In this document: positions 19,694-30,088 of the stretch, in pieces
How the letters are laid out: each line of letters starts with the position of its first letter
How positions within the stretch are numbered: position 1 is the first letter of the stretch
From: Calditrichota bacterium
GTDB lineage: Bacteria; Electryoneota; RPQS01
Reading direction: 5' to 3'
Assembly: GCA_020637445.1 (NCBI GenBank)
Contig: JACJVZ010000001.1
Location: 1,647,947-1,711,946, forward strand
DNA: 64,000 nt
Program-made: the position numbers and the translations under genes
The notes under the pieces: generated by a model
The model's database searches: none
The model's input: only the letters and a program-made list of their open reading frames with translations
Told to the model about the DNA's origin: nothing

Positions 19694-20260
19694 TTAATAG
19701 TCCACCCCGCGTTGGGCGAGAATCCCGCGCTGGTAGGCGTGTTTGATTTCTTTCATTTCGGTCACGGTGTCACCGCGGTCGATTATTTCTTGCGGAGCCC
19801 CGCGCCCCGTCAGAATTAGTGTAGTCAATTTTGGCCGCGCATCGATCACGCGGTGCAGATCAGAGACGGTCAGAAGTTTCAGCATCACCGCGACGAAGAT
19901 TTCGTCGAGCAGGACGAGTTGATAGTCGCCGCTCGCAAGTCTTTCGATTGCAAACTCGAGCGCATCCTGCGCGGCCTTTTCGTGCTCTTCACGCGGCAGG
20001 TTGTCGTCTACGATGCCGACGAAGCCTTTGCCCATACGGTGAAACTCCACCTCAGGTTCCAGCCGCTTGATGGATTTCATCTCACCGTAAGTCCAGCTTC
20101 CTTTGATGAACTGGACAATCAGCACACGGTGCCCGTAACCCACGGCTCTGAGCACTGTGCCGAGCGCGGCCGTGGTTTTGCCTTTGCCGTCGCCCGTATT
20201 GATTAGCACGAGACCTTCGGGAGTCTCGCGCTCGGTTGTCTTCGTTTCAGTATCAGTCAA
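19694..20260 (-). CDS. cobO: Cob(I)yrinic acid a,c-diamide / cob(I)alamin adenosyltransferase (CobO/BtuR type).
   Basis: 'LVLINTGDGKGKTTAALGTVLRAVGYGHRVLIVQFIKG'. 188 aa. Confidence 0.85.
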   Translation of the reverse strand: MTDTETKTTERETPEGLVLINTGDGKGKTTAALGTVLRAVGYGHRVLIVQFIKGSWTYGEMKSIKRLEPEVEFHRMGKGFVGIVDDNLPREEHEKAAQDALEFAIERLASGDYQLVLLDEIFVAVMLKLLTVSDLHRVIDARPKLTTLILTGRGAPQEIIDRGDTVTEMKEIKHAYQRGILAQRGVDY

Positions 20261-20266
20261 ATCGAA

Positions 20267-20977
20267 TTACCAGAGTACGCCCATCGCAAGAATGAAATTG
20301 ACGGGCGGGAAAGTTTTTTGATAGCGGTCCGATCCATCCGGACTCCACAACAAGCGCGGCTCTACGAACGAGATCATGCCGTCATCGCTCCATTGCTGAC
20401 GCAGTCCCACGAGAGCGGAAAGTCCGAACCACGCGGCTTGAGTCTGTGTTGACCGGTCGAGATAGAATTCGTAGAAATCCACTCTTTCCGGATCGTGGTA
20501 GTTGGGCCTTTCCAGCTTCTTGCCGGCCGCTCCCCAACGCGCCGAAGGTCCGCCGCCGATGTAAAATTTGCTGTGACCTTCGTTGTCCACGTAGTGATTC
20601 AACAGCAGAGCGAGTTCTACTTCGCGGAAATACGTGTGGTCCGTTTGCGTGCCAAGTGCACCGCCAGAGATGACCTGATCCGTCAGGGGATCGATCACCA
20701 CAGGTTCAAGCAAAGTGGTGGTCGTATGTCTCATCCAACTGTAACTTCCGACGACAGACAGCCGGGTTTCATTGGACATCGGCAGCTCTTTGCGAAGACT
20801 GATCATGTTTCCGCCGGTTCCGGCACCAGCATAGCCGTCATTGTACCACGTACCGTCCCAGTATGTACGGGTAAATCCCCAAGAGAGTCCCATGGAACCC
20901 TGCGCCAAGAGCGAGGAAGCCGGAACAAGTAAGAGAAGCGCGAGAAGAAGTCGAGCGGATCGAGAAGCCATAGTCAT
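20267..20977 (-). CDS. Hypothetical outer-membrane (beta-barrel-like) protein. First gene of the apparent OMP-cobO-ftsH operon.
   Basis: Signal peptide 'ARLLLALLLLVPASSLLAQG'. Alternating aromatic-rich strands. Aromatic C-terminus '...LAMGVLW'. Confidence 0.5.
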   Translation of the reverse strand: MTMASRSARLLLALLLLVPASSLLAQGSMGLSWGFTRTYWDGTWYNDGYAGAGTGGNMISLRKELPMSNETRLSVVGSYSWMRHTTTTLLEPVVIDPLTDQVISGGALGTQTDHTYFREVELALLLNHYVDNEGHSKFYIGGGPSARWGAAGKKLERPNYHDPERVDFYEFYLDRSTQTQAAWFGLSALVGLRQQWSDDGMISFVEPRLLWSPDGSDRYQKTFPPVNFILAMGVLW

Positions 20978-21077
20978 GCAGCACCTCCGCGATGAGGGTT
21001 TGAATTTCCCCGGGACCGCCTACCAAGCGGGTTGCGCCTCTGCGGCGCAAACGATCAAGATTCGACTATCAAAAGAA

Positions 21078-22544
21078 TTAGTATGCTTTGGCAAAGACCA
21101 CTCGCTGGGACGACGGCTTGCCGGTCAGGAAGCACTTGCCTTCTTCCTTTTCGGCATCCATCGGGATGACGCGCAGCGTAGCTTTGGTCTCTTCCTGAAT
21201 GCGCTTTTCATCAGCCGTATCGCCCGCCCAATGCACGAGCGCAAATCCGCTGTCTGCCGCGATGAACTCTTTGAACTCGTCGTACGATTCGATCTTGCTC
21301 GTATTTTCGGTCATACGCGCGCGGGCCGCTTCCAAGAGTTCGTTTTGCACGCGGTCCAAGAGTTTGGGCATCTCGGCGGCCAGGCCTGCGAGCGGAACCG
21401 TAATCTTTTCGCGGTTGTGCCTCAGGGTCACAATGCAATTTCCGGCAGCCAAGTCGCGCGGCCCCAATTCGACACGAACCGGGTATCCGAATAACTCAGC
21501 TTCTGCAAATTTGAAGCCGGGCGTGACATTGTCCCTTTCATCGACACGAGATCCGATATTCGCGGCGGAAAGCTCGGCTTTCATGCGATTTACGGCTTCC
21601 ATCACCGACGCTCGTTCATCTTCCTTGCGCGCGATTGGTATGAAAATAACGGGCCACTGTGCAAGTTTCGGCGGGACGATAATACCGTCGTCATCGCCGT
21701 GCGTCATGATCAACCCGCCTACCAAGCGCGTCGATACTCCCCACGACGTCGCCCAGACATAGTCCAACGTATTGTGATCGGTCTGGAATTGTACGTCGAA
21801 CGCCTTGGCGAAATTCTGACCCAGGAAGTGTGACGTTCCCGCTTGCAGAGCTTTCTTGTCCTGCATCATCGCTTCGATGCAATACGTATTCACCGCACCG
21901 GGGAATTTTTGCCCTTCGCTCTTCAAGCCGTACATGACGGGCATAGCCATGTAGTTTTCGGCAAAATCGCGGTAAACACCGAGCATCCTGATGGTCTCTT
22001 CAACGGCTTCTTCGGCAGTCGCGTGCGCGGTGTGGCCCTCCTGCCAAAGAAACTCCGCCGTACGCAGGAACAGACGCGTGCGCATTTCCCAGCGGTAGAC
22101 GTTCGCCCACTGGTTAATCAGAATCGGGAGATCGCGGTAGCTCTGCACCCAATTCTTGTACATGGCCCAAATCACCGTTTCCGACGTCGGACGCAGCACG
22201 TAATTTTCTTCGAGCTTACCTTTGGGCTTCAGTTTGCCCGTACCATCAGGTTCGAGACCGGAATGCGTTACGACCGCGCACTCCATCGCAAATCCCTCGA
22301 CGTGCTCCGCTTCTTTCTCAAGAAAGCTCTGCGGAATCAGCATCGGGAAATACGCGTTGACGTGCCCGGTGTCTTTGAACATTTTGTCGAGCTGACGTTG
22401 GATTCCTTCCCAAATGGCATAGCCGTTGGGACGAATCACCATGCAGCCCTTGACGGGCGAATAGTCGGCAAGTTTAGCTTCGCGGACGAGGTCGAGATAC
22501 CACTCGGAGTAATCTTTACTCCGGGGAGTAATGTTCTTGGCCAT
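21078..22544 (-). CDS. proS: Proline--tRNA ligase (archaeal/eukaryote-like class II ProRS with a C-terminal zinc-binding domain).
   Basis: 488 aa. '[29 protein letters not shown]', '[13 protein letters not shown]', '[24 protein letters not shown]'. C-terminus '...VVFAKAY'. Confidence 0.9.
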   Translation of the reverse strand: MAKNITPRSKDYSEWYLDLVREAKLADYSPVKGCMVIRPNGYAIWEGIQRQLDKMFKDTGHVNAYFPMLIPQSFLEKEAEHVEGFAMECAVVTHSGLEPDGTGKLKPKGKLEENYVLRPTSETVIWAMYKNWVQSYRDLPILINQWANVYRWEMRTRLFLRTAEFLWQEGHTAHATAEEAVEETIRMLGVYRDFAENYMAMPVMYGLKSEGQKFPGAVNTYCIEAMMQDKKALQAGTSHFLGQNFAKAFDVQFQTDHNTLDYVWATSWGVSTRLVGGLIMTHGDDDGIIVPPKLAQWPVIFIPIARKEDERASVMEAVNRMKAELSAANIGSRVDERDNVTPGFKFAEAELFGYPVRVELGPRDLAAGNCIVTLRHNREKITVPLAGLAAEMPKLLDRVQNELLEAARARMTENTSKIESYDEFKEFIAADSGFALVHWAGDTADEKRIQEETKATLRVIPMDAEKEEGKCFLTGKPSSQRVVFAKAY

Positions 22545-22553
22545 GTAGTGGGT

Positions 22554-22973
22554 TTATTTTGCGACGGCAATCAAGTCGTCAGATAGTTCATAGGATTCTT
22601 GTTCGAGCGGAGCAATCAAAGAGTCACGCTGCGCCGAAGTCAGCGACGTGCTGGCTTTCAAGTTTTTCTTAAGAGTAATCAGTTCGCCCTTGCGCCGGTT
22701 GATGATCGCCGTGATTTCAGCTCGGTCGATCACGGAGCGAGATCGCAGCAAGTCAATTTGTTTGCGCACGGAGTCGCGCTTGGCCGTCTGCTCATCCAAG
22801 AAGTGCATATCCACAAACTCGGCCGGATCGGGCCTGCGCATTTCTTCGTTCGGTTTGGCAACGGGAATTTCTGCTTTCGGTTCTTCTGCCTTCTTGCCGC
22901 AGCTTGCGGCGACAAGCAAGAGTGTCAAAATAAGCGGGACGAAACGGATCATGCTACTCCTGAGTTGCCACAA
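22554..22973 (-). CDS. Hypothetical lipoprotein with coiled-coil character.
   Basis: Lipobox 'LLVAASCGK'. 139 aa, charged and helical. Confidence 0.45.
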   Translation of the reverse strand: MWQLRSSMIRFVPLILTLLLVAASCGKKAEEPKAEIPVAKPNEEMRRPDPAEFVDMHFLDEQTAKRDSVRKQIDLLRSRSVIDRAEITAIINRRKGELITLKKNLKASTSLTSAQRDSLIAPLEQESYELSDDLIAVAK

Positions 22974-23373
22974 CGGTAACGGCAGCGGCGGTGGACACGA
23001 TTGCGCCCGCGATGTAGAAGCCCTTGTGAGCGTTCTTCCATCCGGCGCGGTAGCCGTTCTTCCAACCGCTGTTGAATTCTTCTTCAGCCTGAATCGGCGG
23101 CTTAGCCGGACGGCGCGGATTCACGACCCACGGCAGCCACATAAAGGGAATGTTTCCGACCACACCCAAACCGAACCAGCCTAATTTGCCGGCGCGGGAA
23201 TCGCCGACTTTTGCGCCTTCATTCCAACCTTGTTCGTAGAGCGGCATGACGCGCTGCGGCGCATTGTTCATATCTACCTGACCAACTTGGTCAAGCGCAT
23301 GACCAAGTCCGTAGTCGCTTGCGTTGGCGAACGACACAAGTATCAATAGTGAGACAAAAAAAAGCGATTTCAT
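22954..23373 (-). CDS. Hypothetical secreted/membrane protein.
   Basis: Signal peptide 'MKSLFFVSLLILVSFANA'. Trp/Gly-rich. Hydrophobic C-terminal segment. Confidence 0.4.
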   Translation of the reverse strand: MKSLFFVSLLILVSFANASDYGLGHALDQVGQVDMNNAPQRVMPLYEQGWNEGAKVGDSRAGKLGWFGLGVVGNIPFMWLPWVVNPRRPAKPPIQAEEEFNSGWKNGYRAGWKNAHKGFYIAGAIVSTAAAVTVVATQE

Positions 23374-23404
23374 GGATGAAGCTCCAAGCTCCGCAAGAAA
23401 CGGA

Positions 23405-24808
23405 TTACATGTGAACGGCGCGACCGTCCGCAGCGAGTGCGGCTTCCATGACGGCTTCAGTCAGCGTCGGATGTGCGTGAACAGTATTGTAAATCGTCTC
23501 GGGCGTACATTCGAGCACACGTGCGAGCGCAAGCTGCGCGATCATCTCGGTCGCTTCTGAGCCGACGATATGGGCACCGAGCAATTGTCCGTAGTGTTTG
23601 TCGAAGAGCAACTTGACGTGTCCGTCCGTATGGCCGATTGCGCGGGCCTTGCCGGACGCGCTGAACGGAAACTTTCCGACTTTGTATTCGAGCCCGAGTT
23701 CTTTGCACTTCTCTTCGGAGTAGCCTACGCTTGCGACCTGCGGCTGGCAGTATGTGCATGCGGGGTTATTCGTGTAGTCAATCGGATGCGGATGCTTGCC
23801 CGCAATCGCATCGACGCACACGATGCCTTCATGCGACGCCGTGTGCGCAAGTTGCGGCGCGCCGATTACGTCACCGATGGCATAGTAGCCGTGAACATTC
23901 GTTTTGAAGAATTCGTCGACCTTGACAAAACCTCGATCAAGCGCAACGCCGGTCTTTTCAAAACCCCATCCGTCGACATTTGCGGCAAAGCCGATCGCGA
24001 CCATGCAATAGTCTGCTCCGATAGTCTTGTCATTGCCGTCGATTTCGACCGTGACGCCGTTCTTCGAAGGCGTGACCGAGCGCACACGCGTGTTGGTCAT
24101 CACATTCATGCCCATTTTCTTGAAAGCGGTTTCAACAGCCTTGCTCGAATCGACGTCTTCCAAAGGCAGAATGCGTGGCTGCACTTCAATCATGGTGACA
24201 TCGGTGCCGAGAGCTTTGTAGAAATAAGCGAACTCGACGCCAATCGCTCCCGCGCCGACAATCACGAGCGACTTCGGCTGTTTGGGCAGCGACATCGCTT
24301 CCATATACGTGATAATCCTGTCGCGATCGACATTAACACCCGGCAGCGATTTGTCTTTGCTGCCCGTGGCGATGATCATATGTTTGCCGCGAATCCGGTC
24401 GATGACTTTGTCGGGATTCTTCGGCTCGTGGACTTCGATTTCCTTGTCCCCGACGATGCGGAACCGGCCCACGGGACGGTGAATTTTGCTGCGCCTCACG
24501 AGAAACTCGACGCCTGACGAATTCTTCTCGGAAACTTCACGCGAACGCTGGATGATTCTATCCCAATCCACTCCGTTCGTCGTCGCGTGAATGCCCATCG
24601 TCGGTGCGACGTGTTGAATGTCTTGATAAAGTTCGGCGGCCTTCAGAAGGGCCTTCGTGGGAATACATCCCCAGTTTACGCACACTCCGCCGAGCGGCTG
24701 TTCATCGACGACGCATGTCGAGAGTCCCAACTGCGCCGCTCGAATTGCCGCGACGTATCCGCCCGGTCCTCCGCCTAAGACGACGATATCAAATTCAGTT
24801 GCTGCCAT
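23405..24808 (-). CDS. lpdA: Dihydrolipoyl dehydrogenase (Lpd; FAD-dependent pyridine nucleotide-disulfide oxidoreductase class I).
   Basis: 'DIVVLGGGPGGYVAAIRAAQLG', redox-active 'GGVCVNWGCIPTKALL'. C-terminal dimerisation domain with 'HAHPTLTEA'. Confidence 0.85.
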   Translation of the reverse strand: MAATEFDIVVLGGGPGGYVAAIRAAQLGLSTCVVDEQPLGGVCVNWGCIPTKALLKAAELYQDIQHVAPTMGIHATTNGVDWDRIIQRSREVSEKNSSGVEFLVRRSKIHRPVGRFRIVGDKEIEVHEPKNPDKVIDRIRGKHMIIATGSKDKSLPGVNVDRDRIITYMEAMSLPKQPKSLVIVGAGAIGVEFAYFYKALGTDVTMIEVQPRILPLEDVDSSKAVETAFKKMGMNVMTNTRVRSVTPSKNGVTVEIDGNDKTIGADYCMVAIGFAANVDGWGFEKTGVALDRGFVKVDEFFKTNVHGYYAIGDVIGAPQLAHTASHEGIVCVDAIAGKHPHPIDYTNNPACTYCQPQVASVGYSEEKCKELGLEYKVGKFPFSASGKARAIGHTDGHVKLLFDKHYGQLLGAHIVGSEATEMIAQLALARVLECTPETIYNTVHAHPTLTEAVMEAALAADGRAVHM

Positions 24809-24857
24809 TGTAAACTTATTTGCCCGCAGCGCTCACTGCAAGCGAGTCATATTGAGA

Positions 24858-25853
24858 TTAAGCCGTCGCCAGATTATCTTCGGCGGCCTTGAGTTTTCCT
24901 TCGTGAGCCTGGACTTCCAGCCAGCGTTCCGCGTCAATCGCGGCCATACAGCCCGCACCCGCGGCTGTAATCGCCTGACGGTAGTGGTTGTCATGCACGT
25001 CGCCCGCAACAAACAATCCGTCGATATCCGTCCAAGACGAATCCGGATGATGCAAGACATAGCCGGCCTCATCCGTTTTCAAAATATCGCGGATGATCTT
25101 CGTGTTCGGTTCGTGTCCGATCGCCACAAAGAAACCTTCCACGGGCAAATCGCTGACTTCGCCGCTTGCGACGTTCTTCAAACGCAAACCGTTCACAGCA
25201 GTTTGATTGGCGTCTGAAAGCACGTCTTCGACGACGGTATTGTAAATAACTTCGACTTTCGGGTTTTCCAGTACGCGGTCCTGCATGATTTTTGACCCGC
25301 GAAACGCGTCGCGGCGGTGAATCAGATAAACTTTCGACGCATGACGAGTTAGATACGATGCTTCTTCCAGCGCCGTATCTCCTCCGCCGACGACCCCAAC
25401 GACTTTTCCGCGGAAGAAAAATCCGTCGCAGGTAGCGCAAGCAGACACGCCTCTGCCCTGCATTTTTTTCTCATTTTCAAGTCCCAGCCACTTGGCGGAC
25501 GCGCCGGACGCGACAATTACAGAGTGACCGTAGAGCGGATCGTTTGAACCGAGATTGACCTTAAACGGGCGGGACGTCGTGTCGATTGAGATAACTTCGT
25601 CCTCCACGTACGTCGTACCGAATCGCGCGGCCTGCTTGCGGAACAGTTCCATCAGTTCGGGGCCTTCAATGCCATCGGGAAATCCGGGGTAGTTTTCGAC
25701 GTCGCTGGTGATCATAAGCTGGCCTCCGGGCTGGATGCCGTCAACGACTACGGGGTTTAAGTTTGCGCGTCCGGCATAAATAGCTGCGGTCAGTCCGGCC
25801 GGTCCGGAGCCGATGATGATGACGTTATGAATGGTGCGGCTCATTTGCTTCAA
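24858..25853 (-). CDS. trxB: Thioredoxin-disulfide reductase (TrxB).
   Basis: 'VIIIGSGPAGLTAAIYA', redox 'CATCDGFFF', 'GGGDTALEEA'. 331 aa. Confidence 0.92.
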   Translation of the reverse strand: MKQMSRTIHNVIIIGSGPAGLTAAIYAGRANLNPVVVDGIQPGGQLMITSDVENYPGFPDGIEGPELMELFRKQAARFGTTYVEDEVISIDTTSRPFKVNLGSNDPLYGHSVIVASGASAKWLGLENEKKMQGRGVSACATCDGFFFRGKVVGVVGGGDTALEEASYLTRHASKVYLIHRRDAFRGSKIMQDRVLENPKVEVIYNTVVEDVLSDANQTAVNGLRLKNVASGEVSDLPVEGFFVAIGHEPNTKIIRDILKTDEAGYVLHHPDSSWTDIDGLFVAGDVHDNHYRQAITAAGAGCMAAIDAERWLEVQAHEGKLKAAEDNLATA

Positions 25854-26024
25854 ATGTCCTGTTATTCAATTACTTAAAACAAGAAACTCGTCACTCCGCC
25901 CGAAGTTTGTGACCAGTTTCACATTTAGAATAGATAGATTCCGGTGAATACTCAACTTACGGAATAATGGGCGGAATTTCAAGCGGACATTCGCCTGAAA
26001 GTACCCATTGTACCCGCACAGCTG

Positions 26025-27590
26025 CTATGTGGTTTCCGGTAAGGCGAACGCAAGCTCAACCAAAGCAAGCTGATAGCCTTGAATACCTTTGCCGCTAATT
26101 GTCTTACCGCACAAATCGGAAATCAAAGACGTGTGGCGAAATTCCTCACGAGCCGCAGGATCGCTCACATGTACCTCGACTGCAGGCAAATTTGCCGCCG
26201 CGAGAGCATCACGCACGGACACGGACGTATGTGTCAGCGCACCGGGATTTAGGATAAGTCCGTCAGCCCAACGCCTCGCCCATTGAATAAGCTCGGAGTA
26301 TTCCCCTTCGTGATTGCTCTGTCTTACCAGCACGTCAAAACTTAGATCTTCTGCCCACTCTTGACAGAGTGCAGTCAAGTCGTCATATGTGGTCGTTCCG
26401 TAAACCGAAGGCTCGCGAGTGCCAAGCAAATTCAAGTTCGGCCCGTTCAAAATCGCGACACGTCTCCGTCTGGGAATCGCAACCACCTCTTCCCCGCTTC
26501 GAGTCACTTCCGCAAGCCACGCCGCACATTCTCTCACCGATTGATCGGGAACATCGTGGCTAATCACCGGTTTGCCGACGTCGCGCAATAGAATCCACCT
26601 CTGCTTACCTGACGCGGTTTTCTTGTCTGAGCGAACGGCCTCCAACAGGTCATCTTCTGAGCAGACGATTTTCGGCAATGAAATACTTGAAAGCCACTTT
26701 TCCAGAGCTCGCGCGCGCTGCGGCGAGAGGAGGCCCGACAATTCCGACAACTTAACGGCTGCACGAAGACCGTAGAACACGGCTTCTCCGTGAGCCAGCG
26801 TGCCGTAGCCCGCGACCCGTTCGAGCGCGTGTCCGAACGTATGCCCAAGATTCAAGAGCATGCGCTCACCGCTCTCGCGCTCGTCGCGCGAAACGATATC
26901 AATCTTGACTTCAGCACCGCGCGCGGCAAACTCTTCAAATCGGCGCGAATTCCACGACAGCGCGTCCGATCCCGCTTCTTCAATCTCACGCCAAAAATCT
27001 CCGCCAACGAGCAGCGCGCCTTTTATTATCTCCGCAGCACCTGACCGAATTTCACGCGGCGCGAGAGTGTCAATATAGGCCAAATTCGCCAGCACGCACT
27101 TAGGTTGGTGGAATGCACCGATCATGTTCTTGCCGAGTTCGTGATTCACTCCCGTCTTGCCGCCGATTGCCGCATCCACCATACCTAACAACGTCGTGGG
27201 AACGGCCAGCCACTCGATTCCCCGCAAATAGATACTCGCCACGAAGCCTGCCAAATCCGTCACAACTCCACCGCCAAGCGCAATAATCACGTCGTCGCGC
27301 GCGAATCGTTTTTGCGCCATCACGTCGAGTATTGACTTTGCACGATTCAGGTTCTTCTGCTCTTCACCCGGAGGAAGAACAAACTCAACACATGAATAGC
27401 CGTCGCGCAAGAGCAAATTTCGCAGCGACTCCAAGTGATGGAGTGCAACATTTTCGTCAGTGATCAGCATTACGCGCGGCCTGCGAGCGCCGAACACGCG
27501 GCTCAGCTCATTGGCAATCCACGTCGCGTCCGCACGTGCGAAGCGGACCGGCACGACGCCAGTTTGCGTACGCAACTCAAACGAGTCCAT
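26025..27590 (-). CDS. aroB: Bifunctional 3-dehydroquinate synthase (AroB) / type II 3-dehydroquinate dehydratase (AroQ) fusion.
   Basis: N-terminal 'GGGVVTDLAGFVASIYLRGIEWLAVPTTLLGMVDAAIGGKTGVN' (DHQ synthase). C-terminal ~145 aa 'VAILNGPNLNLLGTREPSVYG...HEGE...NPGALTHTSVSVRDAL' (type II dehydroquinase). Confidence 0.88.
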   Translation of the reverse strand: MDSFELRTQTGVVPVRFARADATWIANELSRVFGARRPRVMLITDENVALHHLESLRNLLLRDGYSCVEFVLPPGEEQKNLNRAKSILDVMAQKRFARDDVIIALGGGVVTDLAGFVASIYLRGIEWLAVPTTLLGMVDAAIGGKTGVNHELGKNMIGAFHQPKCVLANLAYIDTLAPREIRSGAAEIIKGALLVGGDFWREIEEAGSDALSWNSRRFEEFAARGAEVKIDIVSRDERESGERMLLNLGHTFGHALERVAGYGTLAHGEAVFYGLRAAVKLSELSGLLSPQRARALEKWLSSISLPKIVCSEDDLLEAVRSDKKTASGKQRWILLRDVGKPVISHDVPDQSVRECAAWLAEVTRSGEEVVAIPRRRRVAILNGPNLNLLGTREPSVYGTTTYDDLTALCQEWAEDLSFDVLVRQSNHEGEYSELIQWARRWADGLILNPGALTHTSVSVRDALAAANLPAVEVHVSDPAAREEFRHTSLISDLCGKTISGKGIQGYQLALVELAFALPETT

Positions 27591-28098
27591 CGATCGCCTC
27601 GTGAATCGTCAGCACCGTTTGCATGGGATCTTCATCCGTCGTGGGAAAAGTCAGCGCGGCCAATTCGAACTGTTCGTGCCGCTGTTCGGCCAACGCGCGC
27701 AATCTGTCCACTCGTTCGAGGAGAGTGTCATCCGGGTCGAGCAGCGGACGGTCCGATTGATTGAGAGTCCTTGCGGCCAGCAAAGAAATCGGAGCTTGCA
27801 GCCAAATCAAAATTCCGCTCGCGAGGATGACATCGCGGTTGTCTTTGCGCTCCAACGCTCCACCGCCCAAAGCAATTACGCTTTCGCCGCGGCTGGCAGC
27901 TTGGACGAGCGAGATATTTTCGAAGTCACGGAACTTAGGTTCACCGAGCGAGCGAAAAATCGCCGGAATATCCATCCCGGCGCGTTCGACGATCATTTTG
28001 TCCAAGTCAATAAAAGGTTGGCCGCGCAGCTTCGCCAGCATAGCTCCGATCGTAGACTTGCCGGAGCCGGGCAATCCGCACAGATAGACTATCGCCAT
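27577..28098 (-). CDS. aroK: Shikimate kinase (AroK).
   Basis: 'IVYLCGLPGSGKSTIGAMLA' P-loop. 173 aa. Overlaps neighbouring genes by 10-14 nt. Confidence 0.88.
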   Translation of the reverse strand: MAIVYLCGLPGSGKSTIGAMLAKLRGQPFIDLDKMIVERAGMDIPAIFRSLGEPKFRDFENISLVQAASRGESVIALGGGALERKDNRDVILASGILIWLQAPISLLAARTLNQSDRPLLDPDDTLLERVDRLRALAEQRHEQFELAALTFPTTDEDPMQTVLTIHEAIDGLV

Positions 28099-29252
28099 GG
28101 TGACTCCGGAGTGGCGTCAAAATGCGCGCGGATTTCACTCATCGAATCTCCGCCGAATTTCTCCATAAATGGATTCATGAGAGCGAGTATCGCCATCGCT
28201 TCGCCCACGACTCCCGCCGCGGGAACTGCGCACACGTCACTGCGTTCGCGCAAGGCTTCGACGGGTTCGCCCGTGGCGAGATTCACGGAGTCGAGCGGCT
28301 GCATCAGCGACGAAAGCGGTTTCATCGCAACACGCATGACGATGCGCTCACCGTTGCTCATCCCGCCTTCCGTTCCGCCGGCATTATTGGTTTTGCGTGT
28401 GACGTACTTATCCTGCGGATAGAGCTGATCGTGTACTTGACTTCCGAAAACGTTCGCGACTTCGAATCCCATACCGAACTCGACAGCCTTCATCGCATGA
28501 ATGGAGATCATGGCTTGCGCAAGAATGCCGTCAAGGCGTCTGTCCCCTTGCGCAAAACTTCCCAGTCCAACGGGCAAACCGTCCACAATGACTTCAAACA
28601 CTCCGCCGAGAGTGTCTTTTTTGATCACGGCGTCGTCGATCAGATCGACCATTTTCTTGTCGGCGACTTGATCTCCGCAACGCACCGAACTGGCTTCAAC
28701 CTGCGCGAAATACTCTTCGAGCGAAACGTCCGTACGCATCGGCGCGGCATCGACGCCGCCGATTTTTACGACGTGACTGAACACGCGAATACCGAACTCG
28801 GACAGGAATTTTCTGCAAATTGCGGCAAGCGCCACTCGCATCGCGGTCTCGCGTGCCGAAGAACGTTCGATAACGTTGCGAATGTCGTCGTGGTGATATT
28901 TTATCGAGCCTGCGAAATCCGCATGTCCGGGACGAGGATTCGTGAGCTTGTCGATGCGATTTCCTTCGCCCGGATCTTCAATCGACATCTTCTCTTTCCA
29001 GTTCTCCCAATCGCGGTTTTCGATAAAGAGCGCGATAGGCGCCCCGAGAGTTTTGCCATAACGCACACCGCCGAGGATTTTCGCGTGATCATGTTCGATC
29101 TTCATGCGGCTTCCGCGGCCATAGCCCTTTTGGCGGCGCAGCAGATCAATTTTTATTTCTGCTTCGGTGATCGCAAGTCCAGCGGGCATCCCGTCAAGAA
29201 TACCCGTCAAACCGGGGCCGTGAGTTTCTCCGGCTGTCAAAAATCTTATCAT
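28089..29252 (-). CDS. aroC: Chorismate synthase (AroC).
   Basis: 'MIRFLTAGETHGPGLTGILDGMPAGL', 'GRGSRMKIEHDHAKILGGVRYG'. 387 aa. Confidence 0.93.
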   Translation of the reverse strand: MIRFLTAGETHGPGLTGILDGMPAGLAITEAEIKIDLLRRQKGYGRGSRMKIEHDHAKILGGVRYGKTLGAPIALFIENRDWENWKEKMSIEDPGEGNRIDKLTNPRPGHADFAGSIKYHHDDIRNVIERSSARETAMRVALAAICRKFLSEFGIRVFSHVVKIGGVDAAPMRTDVSLEEYFAQVEASSVRCGDQVADKKMVDLIDDAVIKKDTLGGVFEVIVDGLPVGLGSFAQGDRRLDGILAQAMISIHAMKAVEFGMGFEVANVFGSQVHDQLYPQDKYVTRKTNNAGGTEGGMSNGERIVMRVAMKPLSSLMQPLDSVNLATGEPVEALRERSDVCAVPAAGVVGEAMAILALMNPFMEKFGGDSMSEIRAHFDATPESPWR

Positions 29253-30088
29253 GAATTGCGCAACTCCGGCAAAAGTTCTCTGACCGCGAGTTCCAGCGGA
29301 AAAGGCTTGCCTGTCCAGATCTGATAACTCTCGGCCGCTTGTGCAAGCAGCATCACCAATCCGTTTTCCGGTATTGCACCGAACGACGTTGCAGTTTCCA
29401 AGAACAACGTCCGGCGCGGAGAATAAATCAAATCGAATACAAGCGCACCGGGCTTGAAAGCGAAAGGTGGATCGAGCGGAAAACCAGGATTCGACAGATG
29501 ACCAACCGGCGTGGCTTGCACGATTATGTCGAACTCATGCAGCCTTTTGCGGGCCTTGGCATGCGTGATCAGAGTCGGCGCGAAAGGTGCAGAAAGCACA
29601 TGTGTGATCCGCTCAAGCGCGTCGGCAGGTCGGCGGGACGCCACCGCGATTTCATTCGGGGTCAGCAACTGACTGATGGCGACAAGGGCTGCACGCGCGG
29701 CACCTCCCGTGCCGATAACAAGCACTTTCTCCGCATGCGAAACGAGTTCAAGTCGTTGCTCGAGAGCGAATCTGAATCCCGCGACGTCGGTGTTGTAACC
29801 GATCAGCGTACCCTGTTTACGCACGAGCGTATTGACAGCGCGGGCCCTTTGCGCAGTTTCCGAAAGTTCATCGCACAGAGTGTATGCGAGGTCTTTGTGC
29901 GGCGCCGTTACATTTAGCCCGTCCCAATCCACGCGCGCGCGCAACAAGAATGAACGCGCGAGTCTGCGCGGAAAATCGAACAGCGTATAGCTGCCCGACG
30001 ATTCCGTGTGCTGAAATGCCCACGAAAACATCACGGGTGACAAACTGGTTGCAATATGTTCGCCAATCAGGCCGAAACGGTAAGCCAT
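29249..30088 (-). CDS. aroE: Shikimate dehydrogenase (AroE).
   Basis: 'FGLIGEHIATSLSPVMF', 'NVTAPHK', 'VLVIGTGGAARAA'. 279 aa. Confidence 0.88.
   Translation of the reverse strand: MAYRFGLIGEHIATSLSPVMFSWAFQHTESSGSYTLFDFPRRLARSFLLRARVDWDGLNVTAPHKDLAYTLCDELSETAQRARAVNTLVRKQGTLIGYNTDVAGFRFALEQRLELVSHAEKVLVIGTGGAARAALVAISQLLTPNEIAVASRRPADALERITHVLSAPFAPTLITHAKARKRLHEFDIIVQATPVGHLSNPGFPLDPPFAFKPGALVFDLIYSPRRTLFLETATSFGAIPENGLVMLLAQAAESYQIWTGKPFPLELAVRELLPELRNS

Noticed and set aside
21032-21050. Stem-loop TTGCGCC-tctgc-GGCGCAA just downstream of proS.
   Set aside because: Perfect 7-bp stem but no U-tract on either strand. Not a canonical intrinsic terminator. It could be incidental or Rho-related and is not reportable as a feature.
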